The notes below the pieces were generated by a model. It saw only the letters and a program-made list of their open reading frames with translations. It was not told the origin of the DNA and ran no database searches. Positions 54,893-64,000 of a DNA stretch of 64,000 nt are shown one piece after another; the stretch's first letter is position 1; each line of letters starts with the position of its first letter. The position numbers and the translations under genes were made by a program. The stretch is from Rhynchopus sp. YZ270_cl-10 (lineage: Eukaryota): NCBI GenBank assembly GCA_964035575.1, contig OZ037833.1, positions 372,001 through 436,000 on the forward strand, in the 5' to 3' direction.

Positions 54893-55716
54893 AATTCGGC
54901 ACCATTCTATCAATATTTTGCCAATTTTTCCATCATTCTATCAAAGTTTTTTTTTTCACTTTTTCGAAGAAATTTTTGCCGCTGGAAAAAAAAATTTGGG
55001 TGGTTTTTTGAGGAAAAATGGGGTCATTTTTTTTGCATTTTTCGAAAAATTTATAGTTCTAGGGTCACAAATTACACACTGTTTGCTAAACATGCAAAGA
55101 CAAGTGGTCACTGGTGCCGAGTTTAACAGCTTGGATGACCTAAAGGAGACGGTAACGTGGCAGTCCTTCATCCTCCACATTTTTCCTTCCGCGTCTCGAA
55201 CCGCACAGGCACCCGAATGACCCTTGTGTGCCGGTTCCTTATGTGCATGGAGGGTGTGTGCGGTGCAAGACGGTGATGGTTGTCGCATCACCCAGCACGA
55301 GCGCACCTGCACCTCTGACGATCACCCTGTTGCCAACACAGGAATCGTCGGCGCCGTCGCCTCCCGGACCTGCGATAACGTGAGAAGTGTATCAAACTAT
55401 GGTGCACATAGTGTGATTGCTGACATGCGTGACCTTCGCCGCAATAAGTCACCTACGAATTTTCCCTCCCACAACCTATAAAAACGGGCAAAAAATCCTA
55501 CCCAAAAATTTTTTCCAGTGGAAATATTTCCTCGAAAAAGTGAAAAAAAAAACTTTGATAGAATGATGGAAAAATTGGCAAAATATTGATAGAATGGTGG
55601 AAAAATTAACTTTTGTGAGCCGAATGAAGGAAAAATTATAGTGACTTTGATAGAATGATGGAAAAATTTTATTTTGTGAGCCGAATGATGGAAAAATTAC
55701 TTTTTGTGAGCCGAAT
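54893..55716 (+). mobile_element. Mutator/MULE deletion derivative: long TIRs around a MuDR N-terminal domain relic (55092-55481, one in-frame stop)
   Basis: A ~64-bp block at 54903-54966 is inverted at 55532-55597. The interior reads VTGAEFNSLDDLKETV...C...CAWRVCA...CRITQHERTC, a MuDR DNA-binding/zinc-finger pattern. Confidence 0.72.
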
Positions 55717-56346
55717 AAAGGTTTTCCCAGGGCGTTCGCTATCGCCATCGTTTTTTCCTGATCGTGGCGAAATGCCAAAAACCCCGAAATTTTCGTTTTT
55801 TTACTAGTGCTTAAAATAGGTCAAAAAAAATTTTCCCGCCGGAGAGAAGTTAGTTCGTGGGGTGAATCCCTGGTACTGAATGGTCAAAAAAAATTTGCTA
55901 TTTGCGCGTGATCCCTTCCCCAGCACAAGTGATATTACAGCTGAACTTTCCTGATACTAAAACCAGCAAAACGATGGAGAATTTCATCAATCCCCCCTCA
56001 CTGAGGGTCTCTTTGTGTTGTTTAATCAAACAGATGTACAAGAGAGGCATCTGTCATATGAGACTTCATCCTTATTTTGATTATTTTCAACTCTCTGCCG
56101 TTGAAAGTAGAGTTGACACGAGCAGTGACACCTTCTATAACAGGGGGTACGGTACACCTTCAGCAGACTGCAGGATTGAGGAGCGAGCGGGAGTGCTGGG
56201 GAAACTTCCTCTCACGGCAGGCGGGTTTGCGGATGATTTTGAGTACAGTGGACATGCACCCCTCTGCGACCCCCCCTCCGGGGGGGTCTACAGGGTGGTG
56301 GGGAGAAATCTCTCTCTCTCTCTTTTTTTTTTTTTTCCCCCTTTTT

Positions 56347-56377
<31 letters not shown>

Positions 56378-57974
56378 TACAGGGTTTCGCCCCGGTGGGG
56401 CGAAGCCCTGGGGCGAAATAAAATGTCATTTTTTCAGGAAAAGATTTTTTTAACGAAAAAAAATATTTTTCGCCCCGGGGCGAACGCCCTGGGTTTTCCC
56501 AAAAAAAAAATACCCCCAAAATCTCAACCTGATCTCTTATTCGGCCCTGATCTCTTATTCACCCCTGATCTCTTATTCGCCCCCCCCCCCAGTAAACTGA
56601 AGTAGTTGTCGTGGTTAATTGAGTACTCAAAGAAAACAAGCAAAGCTTCGTTTTTTTTTTTCAATCCGTTTTGTTTTGCCTGCAGCGCTGCCTCCAATAT
56701 TTTTTTTAGAATTGACAATAAGTTGTGTTATCAAAAAAAAAAATGCATCAAACTCGCCAAAATTTCTTGGAGTTGTACTGTATAAAAAAAATGCGCTGAG
56801 GGGAAGTGACCACACGGTGGGTTGCACAAAAAAAGAAAAATGGCAGTTGCTGATACAGTCACCTCCGACTGACCCACGTACGATGCCAGCCATCCGAGGG
56901 ATGAAAGCACAACAAAAAAAAAACAGTTTTTTGAATGTTGAAAAATTGGGAGGAACCATATTATCGTTAGTCATAAAGAGTTGTGATGGGGGAGGGTAAT
57001 GGGTGGGGAAAAATTTTTTTTTTCCTTCTTTTTTGTGGCAGAGAAGAGGGGACCAGTGAGAAGAACTAATCCCCTCCCCCCTCAGTTCGGCTTCCAACTG
57101 TTGGAGGCGGGACACAAAAAAAAGAGAAATTTTGGTAAAGATGGGTGCCGGATTCGTACAAAAAAATTATCGTAAAAAAAAAAGGTCGAACTTCCAGAAA
57201 AATCCTGAAAAGGTCGAACATTTTTTACGATATTTTTTTGGTACGAATACGGGATGAGGGGTGTATGCTTGGTCACCTAAAAGAAAAGGGTGTTGGCTTC
57301 ATGTTGGAAGTTGGCACGATGCCATGCAACACAAAAAAGCGGGTGGGCTTCTTATTGTGCAGATTGACGGCTGACAAAAAATGGGAAAAAAGGGTTGAAA
57401 TATGAATAGGCCAGGCATATCCATCTAAGAAAAGGGGGAGATTGTTTTGTTTTGTTTTGTTTTGTTTTTTGTTTTTTTTTTGAAAACTTGGTTGTATTAG
57501 TGTAGACACCCGAGGATGAACTCCACTATGTTACACTATATTTTTTTTTTTGAATGAATGCAGTGTGAAGCACAGCAAAAATAAAAAGTATAAAATCGGG
57601 GGGTGTTTTAGGAAGTTGTTTTTTTTTTTTTTTTTTGATATGTTTGCTTTGTGCTCTTGTTTTGATTTTGGTTTGTTTTGTTTTTTTGAAAAATTGTTGG
57701 AGTAGTGTAGTTGCCTCGGTTGTGTTGCCACAGTTGTGCAATCTGTTTTTTTTTTTTTTGCAGGATGTTTGCTGGGTGAAGGGAGGGGGGAAACAAATTG
57801 CTGTGAAGGTGGGAAATATGCATGATCACTTTTGCATGAGGGGTTTCTTCTTCTTTTTTTTTTGGGGATTTTTTTTTTGTTTTTTTTTGCAAACAAAGCT
57901 CTTTGTCATTGGCAAATTTAAAAAAAAAGTGCAAAACGCCTCACCGTTCAAAAAAAAAAAAAAAGCGGCGGGCG

Positions 57975-58658
57975 CAGGGGTCCTAACGCTGTTCTCAAAA
58001 ATAATAAAAATGGTAACTTCAAGGTCACTTTTCGTTTTTTGAGGGGGGAAAAAAAAAATTTTCCCCCTCAGAGGCGGTATGGTAACAACAAAAAAAGTGT
58101 CGTTGCAAAGGTGCAAATCCTCGGACATACACACTGGGAAGCCGTTGGTTATCGCCGTATCACCAACCTGCGGAAAGCCTGGTCTCCCCCAGGCCTCCCC
58201 TCCTCTGCAGCCTTGATAGCTTGGTAGCCACTGGTGATCCACAAGCCGTAGTGGGTGTCAGCCTTCGTATCAGTAACCTCAGTGCATTTATAAAATAAAC
58301 GGCGGTCACAGCACCCAAAGGTTCCTGGCGAAGCCACGGTACGCAACATTTCAAAAATTGCGCGAAAATTATACATTGTGGCAAGCCCTGCAGACCACTG
58401 ATCTTGGCAAAAAAAGAAAAAAAATTCCCGGACCCGAATCATGCTCAAATAAGATTCGCAAAGAACAAGATCCAACGTGTTCCCGTGTATGTTAAGCATC
58501 CGAGGTCACTTCGTGACACCGGATTTCAAAAAATAAAAAAGGGGAAGGTCACTTTTTAGGGCACTTTTCGAAGGTCACTTCGAAGTGACCTTCGGATTTC
58601 AAAAAAATAAAAAAGGTCACTTCAGAAGTGGTAAAAGTTACCACTCTTAGGACCCCTG
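57975..58658. mobile_element. 684-bp hAT-type MITE with 8-bp TSD GGCGGGCG
   Basis: TIR CAGGGGTCCTAA / TTAGGACCCCTG; TSD at 57967-57974 and 58659-58666; AAGGTCACTT subterminal repeats. Confidence 0.9.
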
Positions 58659-61543
58659 GGCGGGCGTGACATTCTTGTCATATCCTCTATTTCCTATTTT
58701 TTGCTCATCATACGTTGCTCGCGACTCTGCGCAATTTTTCTTTTCTTTTCTTTTTTTTTTTTTGGCTGTTTTCTTATTTTATTCACCTTTTTTTGGGGAT
58801 TTTTTTTCTTTGGAACAAAAAAAAAGGGAGTGAGATGAACCTAAGCTGTGTATACTTAGCCACCTTTTAAAAAAAAATAAAAACCAATAACTGTGCGCAA
58901 AGCCTCACGCACCTTCACGTGGACGCAGGCACAATAAAGTTAAATGAGTTTGCTCTATGCTATTTGATGACACTCCTGATCATCAGTGTAGCGGCCATGC
59001 AATATATTCCCCACTTTTTTTTTAATCCAATACACCTGTTCTCATCACCTCCACCGTAAAATTTTTTTTTTCCCTTTTGTATGAAGTAAAGCGGGTAAGA
59101 GCAGTGGTAGTTTTCAATTCTGCTGAAGCCACCCAGATACACACACCTCTCCCCTCTACGCAGGGTGATCCGGAGGGGTCCCATATTGACATGTCCTTGA
59201 CAGTTGTTCGGTAACACCATTACAGAATGAATAACAAAAAGAAAGAGGAAAAAAAAAGCTGGACTGCAAAGAAAACGAACGAAAAGATGATAATGATAAT
59301 ATCATAGCAAAAGCAGACTCCGTGGATTGAATTGGGTTAAAGAAGGAAAATGCCTTGGAAAACAGAAAAAAAAATAGGTACCACACACACACGAAATAAA
59401 TAACTTGACTTTATGGTTGTACTTTGTGATTTCACCATTATATTACGATAACACAATATAAACACCAGAAGTCAAAAGCCATTTATTTTTCGTCGAGCAA
59501 TTCAGACAGTCTTCACTGCCTGAGGTACCACTCTTTATTTAAGGCAAAGTACTCCCAACAGGACTGCAAACACTGAGGAAGGAAAGCGGACTAACGAAAA
59601 GGGGGGGATGCTCACCCTCCCTTTTTTTTTGTGATTCACGTTGCATCACAATGATTAATATGGAAGGTGTAAGTGCAAAAAAACACACTCCCATCGGAAA
59701 TTTTGAAAAAAAAAAATTTGAAAGACAAATCTGCTGCGTCTAGACACATATAAAAAAAAAGAGGGCATCCCCAGTGATCACCTTCCTTCCCCATTGACAG
59801 TCTCCCCCCGGCTGAGTCCCCCCTCATCTCCCCATTTTGATTCTCGCAGAAGAGGTGGTTTGCTTCCAACACACCCTTCCGCAAGCAACAAATTTGACGA
59901 GAGAAAAAAAATACTCATTTCATATACTATCTATTCTACTGAATAAAAGGTATAATAGGGTGCACTGTACCCAAAACTTTTTAGATCGATTGTTTGTTTC
60001 TGTTGAAAATACAAAAAAAAAACCCCCCCCTCTCGTGTACAGTGTACCGTTTAGTACATGCAACACCAGTCCACCGGATGGACCCCCAACCATGCGTGCA
60101 AACGCCCTTCACCGTGCAATCGACGACGCGGATCACTGCATAACGAAAAATAAAGGGAGTAATCGGAGCTAAACACAATTTTTCTTTTTCTAAAAAAAGA
60201 GAGAAAAACAAGGCTACAAAGATGCACTAGAACCTCTCATTAGTCTCCTGAAAGAAACAGACCCTTATTGCGGTTTATTACGAAACAAAACCAGAAAATG
60301 AAGAAAAAATGGTTCAGAAACAGAACAAAAAGCCAGAAAGGTTTGTCCACAATTGCCTTAGTTGGGTTAACTCAGCGATTGTCACGACACATTTTCTTTT
60401 TCTCCCCCTAACCATTCACTGGTGTATTAGATAAGGACTTTTTTTTTGCCTTCTTTTCATTAAAGTAACGATTTCTCCCCTCTATCAACTCCTAATTCTA
60501 AAGGTTCATTTTCTGCGTTTTGGTTCTAGATGTGTGTGTTTCCCATGTTGTGTGAAGTGTTCAGGAGCATGGATGTGGTCACCCTCTGTTAGGATGTCAG
60601 ATTGTTGTGTCATTTGAGAAATAGGGGAAAATGCGGTGGAGAAAGTTACCTTGGGAAAAAAAAGAAGAAAAACATACAATTAGATGGAGAGAAAAAAAAA
60701 CCTTTCACAAGATGGAAAATACCTCTTCTTCAAACCTAAACCTAAAAAAGAAGATATCGTTTGTCAGATGAAAGCTAAGCACAGCAGAAATTTGCAGTCC
60801 TCTACCAGAGTTTCCCTGAAGCTTCGACATAGCCAAGGCATTATATTGACATCACAAATAAGAAAAAAAAAAATGGGGAGAGAAGAAAATTGGGTGTACC
60901 TCTCGGTCACACCACAAAAAAAAAGAAAAAAATTAAAGTTGAAAAATGCAGACAAACTGACTGGCCCTTTTGAATTAGACCTAATTTTTTGAAAAGAAAG
61001 TGGAGCTCTTCTTTGGCAGACAATTGTAGCCCATTTTCAGAATGGGTAAAGAAAAAAAAATGTTTTGTTTTGTGTGTCATTTTTTTTGTTTGAAAACTTG
61101 GTTTGTATAGTGTAACACCCCAACCACGCAGCAAACAAAACAAAACAACAACAAAAATATGGCAAAAGAAATAGGGATGGGGAGGGTGCAAAGCCCTTTT
61201 GTCTTTGCAAATTTAGGTATCCCTTGTCATAAATAAAAAAGTAAGAAGTTTTATGATTTTGAAAACTTGGTTGTATTAGTGTAGCCACCCTAGAGTGTGC
61301 TCCACTATACGATTTTTTTTTTTGTGGGGGGGGCGGTTAAAAAAAACAGGGTGAGTTGTGAACGAAGATAGACTTAGGAAGCTGAGAAGAAGGAACTAAT
61401 GGGGGAAGAGAAAAAAGTGGATGTGGGGGATAATGAGGGTTGGAAAAGAAGTTGGAAAAAAATAAAATAAAAGAGGTACGATTTTTTGTCTTAAAGGTGG
61501 GGGTCTTCCGGCTATTTGTGGATTTTTATATATTTGCTCCCAA

Positions 61544-62976
61544 CACGGCTTCGCAAATATATTCAATATATTTTAAATATTGATGAATATTGAAATATGA
61601 TTATTATTAAAAATATTGAATCAATATTTTGGAAAAAAATAATCAATATTTTAATAAATATTGACAAATATTGCAATATATTGAAAATATTGATAAATAT
61701 TGAAATATTGGTAAATATTGGTAAATTTTATGTGCAATTTTACTGTGGTGGTTTCCGTTTTTTGTTTTTGTTAGACGTGTAGGATTGTGACCTGACAAAC
61801 TGCTGAGACGTCCCCTTATTGTTCATCCAGCACCACGCGTGTCTCATTTTATGCACCAGGCCACGTTCTACTGTGACCCCGACGGCGTGATTCGTCGGGC
61901 GGGTTGGCCATCGGGAGGGCAGCGAGATGTCAAGGAGAAAACTTCGCGCTGCAATTGAAGAGGAAACTAAGAGAGGAGATTCAAGCTAGGGGAAAAAATG
62001 TTACTTCGGGGAGGGGACCGAAGGGGTCTTTATGTGTCGCTCTTGACAAAACAATTCTGATACACAACACTACAAAGTGTGTCGAGGGGAGGGAAAACAG
62101 GTGACCCTAGATTTAAGGGGCAGGACGGGGTGGGTGAGCCAGATGACACACCGCGAACAGTGGGGGTAGAACAACAGTCCAGTCTGATGGCTGCTTGCAC
62201 CACTTCTTCTTGACGGAGCGCCTCCTGCAACTCTTCTAGGGGGCGAGAACCAAAAATTCTGCACAACGACTTCAGCGACTCGCAAGGTTTATCTGTCCCG
62301 CTTAGCTCGCTCGCCAAGAAGCCGACAAGAGTTCTGAGGCGAGGTGTCACGTGGCTGTAGATGTCGGCCCCTGAGGAGGCCCGGGTATCACCAGGAGTGG
62401 GGCATCGTTTCGCGGCTGGGGGTTGTGGACTATCCCTTTTCCCGGCCACGATGTGTTCCAACTTAGATTCGAGTTCATCCAAGTCTGTGGCGGTCACCTT
62501 GTGGAAAGTGGACTCCACGCGTTCCAAAAACCCCTTGAGCCGGTACATCTCTTCTTCGTCGGAGGAGGCTGCTTCGTTCGCTTTCCTCACTTCCACCAGG
62601 ATCGCCCCCAGCGTCGAGCCGTTCTGCGCCTTGCCGATTTTGGCCTGGAACGCCACCCACCGACCCGCACGGGACGCGTTCATCTTGCCGGAGAAGATGT
62701 TGCCGATTAGATCGACAATCTGGTACGCCACAGTGTTCCACGTACATTTTTCAACGTACATTTTTCAATATTTTCAAAATATTGAAAATATTGATCAATA
62801 TTTTCAATATATTGATCAATATTTTACTATTTTCCCACTGAAAAATACCATACAAAATAAATCAATATTTATCAATATTTTTAATATTTTTGTTTTTTTT
62901 ACACGTACTTTTTGAAAATATTAAAATATTGAACTTTTTTCAAAAAACTATTATTAAATATATTTGCGAAGCCGTG
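61544..62976. mobile_element. 1433-bp TIR element with 20-bp perfect TIR, 6-bp TSD TCCCAA and a GC-rich cargo
   Basis: CACGGCTTCGCAAATATATT at both ends; TCCCAA at 61538-61543 and 62977-62982; AATATT arrays. Confidence 0.92.
62030..62761 (-). CDS. Hypothetical protein carried inside the TIR element (up to 243 aa)
   Basis: Open, GC-rich, helical-looking ORF between AT-rich subterminal arrays; no recognisable transposase motif; start uncertain. Confidence 0.45.
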   Translation of the reverse strand: MYVEKCTWNTVAYQIVDLIGNIFSGKMNASRAGRWVAFQAKIGKAQNGSTLGAILVEVRKANEAASSDEEEMYRLKGFLERVESTFHKVTATDLDELESKLEHIVAGKRDSPQPPAAKRCPTPGDTRASSGADIYSHVTPRLRTLVGFLASELSGTDKPCESLKSLCRIFGSRPLEELQEALRQEEVVQAAIRLDCCSTPTVRGVSSGSPTPSCPLNLGSPVFPPLDTLCSVVYQNCFVKSDT

Positions 62977-63637
62977 TCCCAAGGAATTTTTTTTTTGATT
63001 GGGTTTCACCCAGGGTCACGTGGATCATGTGGACCACGTGGGATTTTTAAAGAATAGCCTTTTCCCAGCTATTTACTTTGTACTGTACGATTTGCGGATT
63101 TCCAACTATTCACCCTTTTCATCCACAAATAGCCGGTGTGCCCCTCCTTAATAGGTATTGCTATGTTACGCGAAAGATGTGGGGGAAAAACATCAGAAAA
63201 GAAATTGTGCATCGTGGTGCAACACACATCTAAATAAAAATGTGTTCATTTCTTTTTTTTCTTTTGATAAATTGCTTGGAGCAGTGTAGTTTTGCCTCTG
63301 GTTGTGTTTCCACAGTTTTTGTGCAAAATCTCCACTTTTTCCCTTTCTTTTGTTACTGTTGATATTGGGTTTTCTTTTGGGTTGATGCGGCTTTGTCATT
63401 TTTATTTTTTATTTTGCTTTTTTCGCAACACAAAAAACAAAAATCAAAAAGGAACACAAAAAGGGAAATCTTGAAAGGTGGACCAAGCCTCGTGCTTAGT
63501 AATCACTTCACAAAACGATTTAAAAAAAAAACCCCCCAGCAAAATCCCTTGAAAAATCTTTTCGAAGGCCCAGTTTGTTTGTTGTTGAACCACATCACAA
63601 AAAAAAAAGGGGGGAAAAAGCGTTTTGAAATCTTCAC

Positions 63638-64000
63638 ACGGTTCGGAAAAGTACTTTTTTAAAAAGTGATATTTTTTGGTCAAAAAAAGTACTTTTTCAC
63701 TTTTCGAAAAAAAAAGTACTTTTTTTTTTTTCGTCAAAATTGTACAGGAAAAAAAAAAGTACTTTTTATTTTTCCGTCAAAAATTGTACGGAGAGAAAAA
63801 ATAAAAAGTACTTTTTTTTTTTCTGTACAAAAAATTTAGAACACTGGAAAAAAAAAAGTACTTTTTATTTTTTCTCTCCGTACAATTTTTGACGGGAAAA
63901 AAAAAAGTACTTTTTTTTTTTTTCCTCCGTACAATTTTTGCACCACGGCGTACGAAAGCGCTTGAAGCGTTTTTTTTTTTTTCGGGGGGAAAAAAAAGCA
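63638..64000. mobile_element. Probable left end of another CACGG-type element with an AAAAGTACTTTT array
   Basis: CACGGTTCGGAAAAGTACTTTT followed by repeated AAGTACTT palindromes; the right end is not visible in the window. Confidence 0.5.

Noticed and set aside
46800..61500. Many 60-180 aa F/K-rich ORFs in the right-hand region
   Set aside because: Their composition reflects A/T homopolymers and repeats; no coding signal apart from the MULE relic.

Overview
Eukaryotic nuclear DNA, most consistent with a euglenozoan protist, probably a diplonemid (inference). The clues are that all 15 credible host genes lie on the minus strand, introns have GTATG..AG ends, there is a kinetoplastid-style LSU rRNA fragment, a receptor-type adenylate-cyclase-like gene, and a bacterial-looking secreted beta-helix gene. 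Host genes: three ubiquitin-like+LRR paralogs, a U1A/U2B''-family RRM protein, a PA-M28 aminopeptidase, a MAP2K-like kinase, a polyQ coiled-coil protein, a LYR protein, a SUR2-type hydroxylase, four predicted surface proteins, the beta-helix protein and a degenerate cyclase. Spacers (notably 7-16.7 kb and 47-64 kb) are packed with nested non-autonomous DNA transposons with readable TIRs and 3-, 5-, 6- and 8-bp TSDs, plus Crypton, hAT and MULE coding relics. Best leads: (1) at least seven families of 35-80 nt hairpin micro-elements, almost all co-oriented, strung through spacers and introns; (2) a UBL-LRR family with a homogenised N-terminus and hypervariable, apparently shuffled 75-bp LRR modules; (3) 6-bp-TSD elements, each with its own palindromic subterminal array, one carrying an unknown ORF; (4) an 89-nt peptidyl-transferase-centre rRNA piece embedded antisense and in-frame in an ORF. 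All family assignments are from motif recognition by eye; no database search was run.
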